A stretch of 58,103 nt of DNA from Longimicrobiales bacterium (GTDB lineage Bacteria; Gemmatimonadota; Gemmatimonadetes; Longimicrobiales; RSA9): contig DATCLG010000105.1 of assembly GCA_036564015.1 (NCBI GenBank), positions 1 through 58,103 on the forward strand, written 5' to 3'. Positions 37,644 to 46,769 of the stretch are shown piece after piece. Under the pieces are notes generated by a model that worked only from the letters and a program-made list of their open reading frames with translations, had not been told where the DNA came from and ran no database searches. How positions within the stretch are numbered: position 1 is the stretch's first letter; each line of letters begins with the position of its first letter. The position numbers and the translations under genes were made by a program.

Positions 37644-40241
37644 TTGCCAGCCTTGGATCCGCGAGGACTCACGCCCGAGGAGGCGGCGACGCGGCTCCGC
37701 CGCTACGGCCCGAACGTCCTGCCCACTCCCCCGGGTCCCCCGGCGTGGCGCGTTCTCGGGCGGCAGATGGTGCATTTCTTTGCCGCCATGCTGTGGGTGG
37801 CGAGCGTCCTGGCGTTCGTGGCGGGGCTTCCCGAGCTCGGGGTCGCGATTGCGGTGATCGTGGTGCTCAACGGGTTCGTGGCCTTTGCGCAGGAGCACCG
37901 GGCGGAGCGGGCGGCGGAGCGCCTGCGGGATCTGCTGCCCCGGCGGGCGCAGGTGGTGCGGGGCGGCGCGCCGGTGGAGATCGATGCCAGGGAGCTCGTC
38001 CCGGGTGACCTGGTGCTGCTCCGCATCGGCGACCGGGTGTCGGCGGACCTCCAGGTGCTGGAGGCCTACGGTCTGGCGGTGGACACCTCGGCGGTGACGG
38101 GGGAGAGCGTGCCTTCCCCCGTGGAGGCGGGCGAAAGGGTCTATGCCGGGAGCTTCGTGGTGGAGGGCGAGGGGAAGGGGGAGGTGATCGCGACGGGTGG
38201 CACGACGCGTCTGGCGGAGATCGCGCGGCTGACGCGGGGAGAGCAACGCCCGCCGAGCCCCCTGACCATCGAGCTGCGCCGGTTGGTGCGAATCATCGCC
38301 GCCATCGCCGTCGGCGTGGGCGTCGCGTTCTTCGGGGCTGCACTGCTGCTCGGCGTCCCGGCCCGGTCGGGTTTCCTCTTCGCCGTCGGCGTGACAGTGG
38401 CGCTGGTCCCTGAGGCGCTGCTCCCGACGATCACGATCTCCCTCGCCGTGGGGGCCCAGCGGATGGCGCGCAGGAACGCCCTCGTCCGGCGGCTCGAGTC
38501 GGTGGAGACGCTCGGTTCGACCACCTTCATCTGCACCGACAAGACCGGGACGCTGACGCTCAACCAGATGATGGTGGCCGAGGTGTGGACGCCGGCGGGG
38601 TCTGCCCGGATCCGCGGCTCGGGGTACGAGCCGACGGCCGAGATCGAGACCGACTCGCCTGCCGCCGGCGAGGCCCTGCGAGACGTAGCGCGCGTGGGAG
38701 CCCGGTGCTCCACGGGCTACGCGGTGTTGCGTGATGGCGTGTGGAGCGCCGAGGGAGACCCGATGGAAGCCGCGCTGGACGTGCTCGCCCGCCGGGTCGG
38801 GGTCTCGATCGCGGAGGATCGGCAGGCCGCGCCAGAACGCCGCCGCTTCCCTTTCTCCCCCGCCCGGCGGCGCATGTCGATCGTGGCCGGGGATCAGGTG
38901 CTGGTGAAGGGGGCACCGGACGCCGTGCTGCCAGTGTGCGCCGCCCCGCCTGACACCGGCCCCGTGATCGACGCCATGGCCGCCCGCGGGCTCCGCGTGC
39001 TGGCGGTCGCCGCCCGGAGGCTCGAGCCCGGCGAGCTGCCCTCGAACGCCGCCGAGGCGGAGCGCGACCTCGAGCTCCTGGGACTCGTGGGGCTGGCGGA
39101 CCCGCCGCGACCGGGCGCCGCGGCCGCCCTCGCCGCGTGCCGGCGGGCGGGGATCAAGGTCGCCCTGGTGACCGGCGACCACCCCGCAACCGCCCGGGCG
39201 ATCGCCCAGGCGACCGGCGTGCTCAGCCCTGACGGCCTGGTCGTCCTCGGCTCCGAACTGCCCACCGACGACGAGGAGCTCGGGGAACTCGTCGATCGGG
39301 ACGGCATCGTGATCGCCCGCGTGGATCCCGAAGCGAAGCTGAGGATCGCCCGCGCGCTCCAGCGGCGGGGCCACGTCGTCGCGATGACAGGCGACGGGGT
39401 CAACGACGGGCCGGCGCTCCAGGCGGCCGATATCGGCGTGGCGATGGGCCGGTCGGGCACCGACGTCGCCCGGGAAGCCGCCGACCTGGTCCTCCTCGAC
39501 GACGACTTCGCCACCATCGTCGCGGCGATCGAGCAGGGTCGGGCGATCTTTCACAACGCCCGCCGCTTCCTCACCTACCACCTCACCGACAACGTGGCCG
39601 AAGTGACGCCGTTCGTCGTCTGGGCGCTGTCCGGGGGACGAATCCCGCTCGCGCTGGGCGTGCTGCAGGTGCTCGCGCTCGACGTCGGGACCGACACCGT
39701 TTCTGCGATCGCCCTGGGCGCGGAGCCGCCGCGTCGGCGAGCGATGGAGGGGCCGCCGCGCCGGGGCCATCTCATGGACCGCGAGGTCGCCCGACGGGTG
39801 TTCGCGGTACAGGGACCGGTCGAGGCGTTCATGGCCATGGCCGCGTTCGCTGTTTCCCTCCTGGCCGCCGGGTGGCGGCCCGGAGTCCCGTTCCCGACCG
39901 GCCCGGCGCTGCAGGCCGCGTCGGGCGCGGCCTTCACCGCTGTCGTGATCGGCCAGGCGGCCAACGCCTTCGCCTGCCGCAGCACCGTGGAATGGCCCGG
40001 CGCGCTCGGCTGGTTCAGCAACCGTCTGCTCGTCGTCGGGGTCGCCGCAGGACTCCTCTTCGCCGCGGGGACGCTGTTCCTCCCTCCCCTCGCCGCCCTC
40101 CTCGGCCAGGCGCCCCCCAACGCCGCGGGCTGGGGGGTGGCGTTGCTCGCCGGACCGGCGGTCCTGGCGGCCGATGCCCTGTACAAAGCCCGCAAACGCC
40201 GGCGGGGGCAGCCCAACGAGGGCCACCCCCGCCCATCATGA
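37644..40241 (+). CDS. Cation-transporting P-type ATPase (P2-like, E1-E2 family)
   Basis: ICTDKTGTLTLNQ (phospho-Asp), TGES, VPEALLP in TM4, MTGDGVNDGPAL and about 10 TM segments. The start is TTG 37644 or TTG 37653, and the latter is better spaced from GAGG. Confidence 0.9.
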   Translation: MPALDPRGLTPEEAATRLRRYGPNVLPTPPGPPAWRVLGRQMVHFFAAMLWVASVLAFVAGLPELGVAIAVIVVLNGFVAFAQEHRAERAAERLRDLLPRRAQVVRGGAPVEIDARELVPGDLVLLRIGDRVSADLQVLEAYGLAVDTSAVTGESVPSPVEAGERVYAGSFVVEGEGKGEVIATGGTTRLAEIARLTRGEQRPPSPLTIELRRLVRIIAAIAVGVGVAFFGAALLLGVPARSGFLFAVGVTVALVPEALLPTITISLAVGAQRMARRNALVRRLESVETLGSTTFICTDKTGTLTLNQMMVAEVWTPAGSARIRGSGYEPTAEIETDSPAAGEALRDVARVGARCSTGYAVLRDGVWSAEGDPMEAALDVLARRVGVSIAEDRQAAPERRRFPFSPARRRMSIVAGDQVLVKGAPDAVLPVCAAPPDTGPVIDAMAARGLRVLAVAARRLEPGELPSNAAEAERDLELLGLVGLADPPRPGAAAALAACRRAGIKVALVTGDHPATARAIAQATGVLSPDGLVVLGSELPTDDEELGELVDRDGIVIARVDPEAKLRIARALQRRGHVVAMTGDGVNDGPALQAADIGVAMGRSGTDVAREAADLVLLDDDFATIVAAIEQGRAIFHNARRFLTYHLTDNVAEVTPFVVWALSGGRIPLALGVLQVLALDVGTDTVSAIALGAEPPRRRAMEGPPRRGHLMDREVARRVFAVQGPVEAFMAMAAFAVSLLAAGWRPGVPFPTGPALQAASGAAFTAVVIGQAANAFACRSTVEWPGALGWFSNRLLVVGVAAGLLFAAGTLFLPPLAALLGQAPPNAAGWGVALLAGPAVLAADALYKARKRRRGQPNEGHPRPS

Positions 40242-40390
40242 GTCAGGACGCACGTCGACAAGCCTCGACTGAAACGCCCCCCGACGCCCGGCCGCCAGCG
40301 TCCCCGCGATGACGGCGAAACCGCTCCACAGGGCCCACGTCCCCCCAAAGCGGCTGCGCCCGTCCGCGCCGCCCGTCTCGACCACCCGCG

Positions 40391-40420
40391 CCGGTCAGGT
40401 GCGCTCCGGTCAGGTGCTCT
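40391..40420. repeat. 15-bp tandem duplication spanning the sdhB stop codon
   Basis: CCGGTCAGGTGCGCT / CCGGTCAGGTGCTCT (14 of 15 identical). On the minus strand this gives ...ST-TGA-PERT-TGA, which is two in-frame stops 15 nt apart. Confidence 0.8.
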
Positions 40421-41114
40421 CCCCGTGGAGGATCGCCTGCTTCACTTCCGCGATCGCCCGGGTGACCTGGATCTCGCGCGGGCAGGCGATCGTGCAGTTG
40501 TAGATCGTGTGGCACCGCCACACGCCGTGCCGGCTGTTCAGGATCCGCAGCCGCTCGGCCGCGCCCCGGTCCCGGGAGTCGAAAATGAAGCGATGCGCGT
40601 TGACGATCGCCGCAGGACCGACGTACGCCGGGTCCCCCCAGAACGACGGGCAGGACGTGGTGCACAGCGCGCACAGGATGCACTTCGTGGTGTCGTCGAA
40701 GCGCTCCCGCTCCTCGATCGACTGGAGCCGCTCCCGCCCCTCCGGGGGCGGTTCGTCATTGATCAGATAGGGGTGGATCGAGCGGTACTGCTCGAAGAAC
40801 GGCTCCATGTCCACCACCAGGTCCTTGATGATCGGCAGGCCCAGGAGCGGCTCCACCGTCACCCGGTCACCCACGTCCCGCATGAGCGTCTTGCAGGCCA
40901 GCCGGTTGGTGCCGTTGATCCGCATGCCGTCCGACCCGCAGATGCCGTGCGCGCACGACCAGCGGTACGTCAGCGTGCCGTCCTGATACCACTTGATCTT
41001 GTTGAGGCCATCCAGCACGCGGTCCGTCGGCTCGACCTCGACTTCGTACTCCTGATAGTACGGCTTCTTGTCCTTCTCGGGGTCGAAGCGCTGGATGCGG
41101 AAGGTCGCTTTCAT
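40410..41114 (-). CDS. sdhB: Succinate dehydrogenase / fumarate reductase iron-sulfur subunit
   Basis: 2Fe-2S motif (CAHGICGSDGMRINGTNRLAC), 4Fe-4S motif (CILCALCTTSCP) and 3Fe-4S motif (CHTIYNCTIACP). Confidence 0.95.
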   Translation of the reverse strand: MKATFRIQRFDPEKDKKPYYQEYEVEVEPTDRVLDGLNKIKWYQDGTLTYRWSCAHGICGSDGMRINGTNRLACKTLMRDVGDRVTVEPLLGLPIIKDLVVDMEPFFEQYRSIHPYLINDEPPPEGRERLQSIEERERFDDTTKCILCALCTTSCPSFWGDPAYVGPAAIVNAHRFIFDSRDRGAAERLRILNSRHGVWRCHTIYNCTIACPREIQVTRAIAEVKQAILHGEST

Positions 41115-42854
41115 CTAGTACACGCGCTCCTTCGGTTGCCACTTGGTGATCTTCACCGGCTTGTACCGGATCTCCACTTCGCCGTCCGGGAGACGGTAGG
41201 CGAGGGTGTGCTTGAGCCACTCCTGGTCGTTGCGCTGCGGGTAATCCTCGCGCGAGTGGGCCCCGCGGCTCTCGGTGCGGTTCAGCGCACACGTGGCGGT
41301 GACGTAGGCCAGGTCCAGGAGCGAGCCCAGCTCCCAGGCTTCCATCAGGTCCGTGTTGAAGGCCTTGCCGTGATCCTGGATCCGGATCCGCTGGTACCGC
41401 TCCCTGAGCTCCCGGAGCTTGGCCAGCGCCTGCTTCAGGCCGGCCTCCTCGCGGAAGACGCTGACGTGATCCATCATGACCTGCTGCATCTCCTCCCGGA
41501 TGCGCCCGGGCGTCTCGTCGCCCGCACCGTTCCGGAGACGCTCGACGGTCTCGATCGTCGGCTCGGCCGGGTTCGGCGGCAGCGGCGGGAGGTCGGCCTG
41601 CCGGCAGAACTCCGCCATGTGCTTGCCCGCCCGACGGCCGAAGACGACCAGGTCCAGGAGGGAGTTGGTCCCGAGCCGGTTGGCCCCGTGGACGCTCACG
41701 CAGGCGCACTCCCCGGCCGCGTAGAGCCCCGGGATGATCGTCTTCCAGTCATCGATGACCACCCGCCCGTCGACGTCGGTCGGGATACCGCCCATCGCGT
41801 AATGGGCCGTCGGCTGGACGGGGATCGGCTGCTCGGCCGGATCGATCCCCAGGTAGGTGCGGCAGAAGTCGGCGATGTCCGGGAGCTTGGTCTCCACCAC
41901 CTCGCGGCCCAGGTGCGTCGCATCGAGGTGGACGTACCACTTCCCGTCGATCCCCCGCCCTTCCTGGATCTCCCGATAGATCGCCCGGCTCACCACGTCG
42001 CGGCTCGCCAGGTCCTTCATCGTCGGGGCGTAGCGCTCCATGAAGCGCTCCCCATGGCGATTCCTCAACACCCCACCCTCGCCCCGCACGCCCTCCGTGA
42101 TCAGGATCCCGAGCTTGTAGATCCCGGTCGGGTGGAACTGGAAGAACTCCATGTCCTCGAGCGGGATGCCGCGCCGGTAGCAGATCGCCGGCCCGTCGCC
42201 CGTGAAGGCCCGCGCGTTCGACGTCACCGCGAACATGCGGCCGAAGCCCCCGGTCGCGAACAGCACCGCCTTCGCCCGGAAGACATGGATCTCGCCCGTC
42301 TGGATCGCGTACGCGACCACGCCCGCCGCCCGACCCTCGTGCAGCAGCAGGTCCAGGACCTGGTACTCGTTGAAAAACGTGACGTTATTCTTGATGCACT
42401 GCTGGTAGAGGGTCTGGAGGATCATGTGGCCGGTCCGGTCCGCGGCGTAACAGCTCCTGCGAACCGGCCCCTGGCCGAAATGATGGGAGTGGCCGCCGAA
42501 CCGGCGCTGCGCGATCTTCCCATCCTCCGTGCGTGAGAAGGGCAGCCCCATGTGCTCGAGCTCGAGGACCGCGTCCACCGCGTCGTAGCACATGATCTCG
42601 ATCGCGTCCTGGTCCCCGAGATAGTCGCTGCCCTTCACCGTGTCGAACGCATGCCACTCGGGGTGGTCCTCCTCGAGATTCCCGAGCGCCGCGCCGATCC
42701 CGCCTTGCGCCGCGCCCGTGTGCGAACGAGTCGGATAGAGCTTCGAGACGACGGCCGCCCTCACGTTCCCGCCACGGGTCAGATAAAGCGCAGCCGCGAG
42801 GCCGGCGCCGCCTCCCCCCACTATGATCGCGTCGAACGTATGCGTGTGAATCAT
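41115..42854 (-). CDS. sdhA: Succinate dehydrogenase flavoprotein subunit
   Basis: IIVGGGGAGLAAAL and TRSHTGAAQGG (covalent FAD His). The ATG at 42854 forms an ATGA overlap with the sdhD stop. Confidence 0.96.
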   Translation of the reverse strand: MIHTHTFDAIIVGGGGAGLAAALYLTRGGNVRAAVVSKLYPTRSHTGAAQGGIGAALGNLEEDHPEWHAFDTVKGSDYLGDQDAIEIMCYDAVDAVLELEHMGLPFSRTEDGKIAQRRFGGHSHHFGQGPVRRSCYAADRTGHMILQTLYQQCIKNNVTFFNEYQVLDLLLHEGRAAGVVAYAIQTGEIHVFRAKAVLFATGGFGRMFAVTSNARAFTGDGPAICYRRGIPLEDMEFFQFHPTGIYKLGILITEGVRGEGGVLRNRHGERFMERYAPTMKDLASRDVVSRAIYREIQEGRGIDGKWYVHLDATHLGREVVETKLPDIADFCRTYLGIDPAEQPIPVQPTAHYAMGGIPTDVDGRVVIDDWKTIIPGLYAAGECACVSVHGANRLGTNSLLDLVVFGRRAGKHMAEFCRQADLPPLPPNPAEPTIETVERLRNGAGDETPGRIREEMQQVMMDHVSVFREEAGLKQALAKLRELRERYQRIRIQDHGKAFNTDLMEAWELGSLLDLAYVTATCALNRTESRGAHSREDYPQRNDQEWLKHTLAYRLPDGEVEIRYKPVKITKWQPKERVY

Positions 42855-43267
42855 GGCAGTGAAGCCGCCGCGGCCGGAGGCGTGAAGGTGAAGATGATGT
42901 AAGCGCCCATCCCCAGGAACACCACGTACACCAGGAAGATGAGCGACTTCAACAGCACGGCCCACTTCGGCCGATGCACGTAGTCATCCGCGACCCCACG
43001 GAGCCCGTTCACCCCGTGCGTCAGCGCGAAAGCGAGCAGGAAGAAATCGTAGAGCCGCCACAGCGGGTTCGACCACCGCTGCGCGACCACGTCGAAGGTG
43101 ATCTCTTCGACGCCGATGACGCCATGCATCCAGAAGAGGTGGAACACGGCGAGCACCAGCAGCACTACCCCCGAGATCCGCATGAAAAACCAGGAGTAGA
43201 GCTCGAAGTTGCCGCCTGGCTGGCGGCCACGCCGGTGAACGAACGCCCGGTTCAGCGTGTTGTTCAT
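42851..43267 (-). CDS. sdhD: Succinate dehydrogenase membrane anchor subunit
   Basis: 138 aa from the ATG at 43267, with 3 TM helices and the His-containing FALTHGVNGLR. It sits in the conserved position between sdhC and sdhA. Confidence 0.75.
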   Translation of the reverse strand: MNNTLNRAFVHRRGRQPGGNFELYSWFFMRISGVVLLVLAVFHLFWMHGVIGVEEITFDVVAQRWSNPLWRLYDFFLLAFALTHGVNGLRGVADDYVHRPKWAVLLKSLIFLVYVVFLGMGAYIIFTFTPPAAAASLP

Positions 43268-43269
43268 AG

Positions 43270-43674
43270 TCAGTCGAAGAGCGGCTTGAGGAAGATGTAC
43301 GTCCCCGCCAGGAAGACCGGGACGAAGAGACCGAGCTCGAGCCAGATCAGCTCCCGCTCGTAGCGCCAGAGTCGGGGCCAGAAGTCCTGGATGATGACCC
43401 GCGCCCCGTTCACCGCGTGGAACAGGACGCCGAAGAGCAGGAAGACCTCCAGTGCCCGCGCCCACCAGGCGCTGTAGAGGAAAAGGAGATGGTTGAAGAC
43501 CTCGGGCCCGAAGCCCAGGAGGAAGATGTCGAAGATGTGCAGGAGCAGGAACAGCAGGACCCCGAGCCCGGTCGCCCGGTGCAGGATCCAGACGATCATG
43601 CCCTCCCGCCCCCGGTAACGGAGACCCTCGAGAATCGGTCGGCCGCGGTGGTACACCGTTCTGGTGCTCGCCAT
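43270..43674 (-). CDS. sdhC: Succinate dehydrogenase cytochrome b subunit
   Basis: 134 aa with 3 TM helices and haem-ligand-type His residues (ILHRATG, LFHAVNG). It is the first gene of the sdhCDAB order. Confidence 0.75.
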   Translation of the reverse strand: MASTRTVYHRGRPILEGLRYRGREGMIVWILHRATGLGVLLFLLLHIFDIFLLGFGPEVFNHLLFLYSAWWARALEVFLLFGVLFHAVNGARVIIQDFWPRLWRYERELIWLELGLFVPVFLAGTYIFLKPLFD

Positions 43675-43681
43675 GGGACGT

Positions 43682-44605
43682 TCACCCGAGAATGGACATG
43701 GTTTCCCGGACAGCCTGCGCGGAGCGCTGCAAGGCCGCGCGCTCCTCGTCGGTCAGCTCGACCTCGATCACCTGCTCCACGCCCCGGCGCCCGAGCTTGC
43801 ACGGCACACCCAGGAACTGCCCGCTCAACCCGTACTCCCCCTCCAGCCAGGCGGAGCACGGCAGGATCCGCTTCTTGTCGAGCACGATCGCTTCCGCCAT
43901 CTGGACGGCCGCGGCTCCGGGCGCGTACCAGGCGCTCGTTCCGAGCAGATTCACGATCTCGCCGCCGCCCTTCCGTGTCCGCTCGACGAGGGCATCGATG
44001 CGGTCGCGACTCAGGAACTGGGTGAGGGGGATGCCGCTGATCGTGGTGTAGGACACGAGGGGCACCATTTCATCCCCGTGCCCACCGAGGACCAGGGCCT
44101 GGATGTCTTCCACGCTCACACCCAGCTCGAGGGCGATGAAGGAACGGTAGCGCGCCGTGTCCAGGACGCCCGCCATCCCGACGACCCGCTCGCGCGGGAA
44201 GCCCGTCGTCTGCTTGCAGACGTACGCCATGGTGTCCAGCGGGTTCGACACCATGATCACGATCGCGTTGGGGGACGAGTCGCGGATCGCCTCCGAAACC
44301 TGGCGGACGATGCCGGCGTTGGTGGTAACGAGGTCTTCACGGCTCATCCCCGGCTTGCGTGCGACCCCCGCCGTGATGATCACCAGGTCTGAGCCTTCCG
44401 TTTCCTCGTATCCGTTGGTCCCGATCACCCGGGTGTCGAACCCCTCGATCGGCGCCCACTCCCACTGGTCGAGCGCCTTGCCCTGAGGCAGGCCTTTCTG
44501 GATGTCCACCAGCACGACCTCGCGGGCGAGCTGCTTCTGCGCGAGCAGCTGGGCCACGGTAGCGCCAACGTTGCCCGCGCCCACCACCGTGATTTTCTGA
44601 ACCAT
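43682..44605 (-). CDS. mdh: Malate dehydrogenase (LDH-like, NAD-dependent)
   Basis: [41 protein letters not shown] chose the ATG at 44605. Its stop is 8 nt upstream of the sdhC start. Confidence 0.94.
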   Translation of the reverse strand: MVQKITVVGAGNVGATVAQLLAQKQLAREVVLVDIQKGLPQGKALDQWEWAPIEGFDTRVIGTNGYEETEGSDLVIITAGVARKPGMSREDLVTTNAGIVRQVSEAIRDSSPNAIVIMVSNPLDTMAYVCKQTTGFPRERVVGMAGVLDTARYRSFIALELGVSVEDIQALVLGGHGDEMVPLVSYTTISGIPLTQFLSRDRIDALVERTRKGGGEIVNLLGTSAWYAPGAAAVQMAEAIVLDKKRILPCSAWLEGEYGLSGQFLGVPCKLGRRGVEQVIEVELTDEERAALQRSAQAVRETMSILG

Positions 44606-44654
44606 GCTGGATCCCGTCGTTCTGGAGGTCGGGTTTTTCGATTGTGCGGCGCGG

Positions 44655-44683
44655 AAAGTAGGGGGCGAGTCAAACGATGTCAA
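44655..44683 (-). promoter_or_regulatory. Sigma-70-like promoter TTGACA-17-TACTTT upstream of mdh
   Basis: Minus strand reads TTGACA (44683..44678), a 17-nt spacer, then TACTTT (44660..44655), about 50 nt upstream of the mdh ATG. Confidence 0.5.
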
Positions 44684-44714
44684 CGCGTCACCGTTTTCCG
44701 GCGACCGAACGAGA

Positions 44715-44750
44715 ACGGGCAGCCGGCGCGAACCGCGCGCGGCTGCCCGT
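44715..44750 (-). terminator. Intrinsic terminator-like hairpin after the ECF-sigma module
   Basis: ACGGGCAGCCGGCGCG-AAC-CGCGCGCGGCTGCCCGT forms a stem of about 16 bp with one bulge, starting 21 nt after the stop at 44771. On the minus strand it is followed by TCTCGTT, a weak U-tract. Confidence 0.6.
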
Positions 44751-44770
44751 CGACTGCTCCTCCAGCGCCG

Positions 44771-45271
44771 TCAGCGACGGTTTCGCGCGGCGGCGGCCGC
44801 GCTGTCCGCCGGCGTTTGTCGCTGCCGCCGGATCTCCTGCAATCGCTGATTGACCCGGGCAAAGAAGAGAGCCGCCTGTGCACGTTGCCGCGGGGTGAGG
44901 AAGGCGGCCAGGGCGCGCTGCTCCTCCCGCCACAGCTCGAGGTCGCGGGCACGCAACGCTTCGATGCCGGCGAGGATCCGCTGGAACTCCGCGTCGGGCG
45001 TGTTCTGGTTGCGCACGGCGTCCACCAGTGCGCGCTGGAGCCGGGCGCCGTCGCGGGCCAGCTCACGGCGCCGCTCCCGGCTGGCCCGGAGCGCGGCCTC
45101 CAGCTTCGACCGGCTCCCGGCATCCAGGCCGAGCTCCCGCGCAGCCTGGTCCACGAGACGATTGAAGACCCGGGAGTCGAGCTCGGTGCGCGAATCATCC
45201 GACCGGTCCTGCGCCCGCAGGGCGCCGGGCAGCAGCGTCGCAATCAGAAGGGCTAAACCGATCCACCGCAT
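44771..45271 (-). CDS. Periplasmic LTXXQ-motif protein (Spy/CpxP-like)
   Basis: Signal peptide MRWIGLALLIATLLPGALRA, an all-helical Arg/Glu-rich body and FLTPRQRAQ (LTXXQ). Its start shares one nucleotide with the anti-sigma stop. Confidence 0.6.
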   Translation of the reverse strand: MRWIGLALLIATLLPGALRAQDRSDDSRTELDSRVFNRLVDQAARELGLDAGSRSKLEAALRASRERRRELARDGARLQRALVDAVRNQNTPDAEFQRILAGIEALRARDLELWREEQRALAAFLTPRQRAQAALFFARVNQRLQEIRRQRQTPADSAAAAARNRR

Positions 45272-45744
45272 CAGTCGAGCTCCGTCAAGAGGAGCTGGAG
45301 TTCTTCCGTCGAGAGGTCGTCGAGCTGCAAACCGCCGGCCAGGAGGCCGCCGGGCTCGGGCAGGTCGGCAACCGGCTGTAGCAGACCCGCGGTCGTGGCC
45401 GCTCCCTCGGGGTCACCCAGGACCGGATCCCCGCTCCTGTGGCGAAGGAGAAGTATGCCCCCGAAGAGCACGACGGCCGTGGCCGCCGCGGTCGCCAGCG
45501 CCCGCGACAGCGCCCGGCGGGGCCGGTCGGCCCGGCGCCGCACGGCCTCCTTCACCCGCGCCTCGAGTCCTGGGGGTACCGCGACGGTCTGGCGACGCAG
45601 CAGCGCGAGCACGTCCGCGTCCGCACGGCACTCCGCGCACACCTCGAGGTGCGCCGCCACCGCCCGCTGCTCCGATGAGTGGAGCCGGCCGTCCCGCATG
45701 GCGAGGAGTTCGTCCCGGACCGTCTCACAGCTCAGGAGGCGCAT
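45271..45744 (-). CDS. Anti-sigma factor with zf-HC2 domain
   Basis: N-terminal HLEVCAECRAD (H-x3-C-x2-C), a central TM segment (AAATAVVLFGGILLL), and a 13-nt overlap with the sigma factor gene. Confidence 0.75.
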   Translation of the reverse strand: MRLLSCETVRDELLAMRDGRLHSSEQRAVAAHLEVCAECRADADVLALLRRQTVAVPPGLEARVKEAVRRRADRPRRALSRALATAAATAVVLFGGILLLRHRSGDPVLGDPEGAATTAGLLQPVADLPEPGGLLAGGLQLDDLSTEELQLLLTELD

Positions 45745-46298
45745 GTCAGCGGCTCCCTCAGACGTTTGATCCCGAGATGGTAGTTCACCCGCGCCGCGCC
45801 TTCGCTGCCACCCACCACCTCCGCCACCTCGCGGTGACTGAGTCCGTGATAGACCCGTAACACCCCGGCCAGACGCTGCTTCTCCCGCAGACCGGCCAGC
45901 GCCCGCCGCACACGGCCCGCCTCACAGCGCGCCGCGGCCAGGCTCGCCGGATCGGGGTCCCGCACGGGCAGATCCTCCGCAAAGGTCAGAGAGACCTCGC
46001 GCCGCCGCCACTCCCGCCGCCCGAGTGGCACCGCGGCGTTCACCGCGATACGGAGCAGCCAGGTGCGAAAACTGCCCTCCGAGAGGAACCGGTCGAGACC
46101 CGTGAGCGCGCCCACCAGCGTATCCTGCGCAGCATCCTGCGCCAGATCCCCATCGCCGAGGACCCGGGCCGCCACCGCGGACACCTCCCGCAGATGACGC
46201 CTGACCAGCGCATCCAGCGCCCCGGTGTCCCCGCCACGCGCCCGCGCGAGCAGCAGCTCCTCAGGTCCCTCCGCAGCCTGCGGGCGAAGGTGGACCAT
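45732..46298 (-). CDS. ECF-type RNA polymerase sigma factor
   Basis: Region 2 (DAAQDTLVGALTGLDRF...FRTWLLRIAVN) and region 4 (REKQRLAGVLRVYHGLSHREVAEVVGGSEGAARVNYHLG). I chose the ATG at 46298 because the longer ORF runs into the HU terminator hairpin. Confidence 0.88.
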   Translation of the reverse strand: MVHLRPQAAEGPEELLLARARGGDTGALDALVRRHLREVSAVAARVLGDGDLAQDAAQDTLVGALTGLDRFLSEGSFRTWLLRIAVNAAVPLGRREWRRREVSLTFAEDLPVRDPDPASLAAARCEAGRVRRALAGLREKQRLAGVLRVYHGLSHREVAEVVGGSEGAARVNYHLGIKRLREPLTCAS

Positions 46299-46312
46299 CT
46301 CGCTCACATAGG

Positions 46313-46341
46313 AGACGACGCCTGTGACGCCCTGGACGTTA
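46313..46341 (-). promoter_or_regulatory. Possible ECF-type autoregulated promoter (TAAC-N17-CGTCGTCT)
   Basis: Minus strand reads TTTTAAC, 17 nt, then CGTC GTCT immediately upstream of the sigma-factor ATG. This resembles the AAC / CGT signature of ECF promoters. Weak evidence. Confidence 0.25.
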
Positions 46342-46379
46342 AAACGCGAGCGCCCCACCCGGAGTCCGGGTGGGGCGCT
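46341..46379 (-). terminator. Rho-independent terminator after the HU/IHF gene
   Basis: Perfect 14-bp stem AGCGCCCCACCCGG-AGT-CCGGGTGGGGCGCT (46349..46379). On the minus strand it is followed by CGCGTTTTAAC, which includes a T-tract. Confidence 0.8.
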
Positions 46380-46400
46380 TCGTCCATCGCCCGACCAGCA

Positions 46401-46700
46401 TCAGCGCTTCGCCTTGGCGCTCGCAGACACCTGCGCGCGAAGATCCTTCGACGGCTTGAAGACCGGAACCACGCGAGACGGCACCTCGACCGGGTCTCCC
46501 GTCCGAGGATTCCGCGCCATGCGCGACTTCCGACTACGCACCTTGAACGTGCCGAAGCCCCGGATCTCGATGTTCTGCTGCTCAGCGAGCGCCTTCTTGA
46601 TGGCGTTCAGCAACCCATCGACCACGAGAGCGCAGTCCTTCTTCGTGATCCCCGGGCCGATCGCGCTGGCTACCTGCTCGACGAGGTCGGCTTTCGTCAT
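46401..46700 (-). CDS. HU/IHF-family DNA-binding protein
   Basis: 99 aa, MTKADLVEQVA ... IEIRGFGTFKVRSRKSRMARNPRTGDPVEVPSRVVPVFKPSK. The ATG at 46700 is preceded by GGGAGGT. Confidence 0.92.
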   Translation of the reverse strand: MTKADLVEQVASAIGPGITKKDCALVVDGLLNAIKKALAEQQNIEIRGFGTFKVRSRKSRMARNPRTGDPVEVPSRVVPVFKPSKDLRAQVSASAKAKR

Positions 46701-46769
46701 GATACCTCCCAACCAGTGGTACTTGAGTGGGATTTTGAAGCGGAGAGCTGCGCTCCCGCCGATCCTGAA

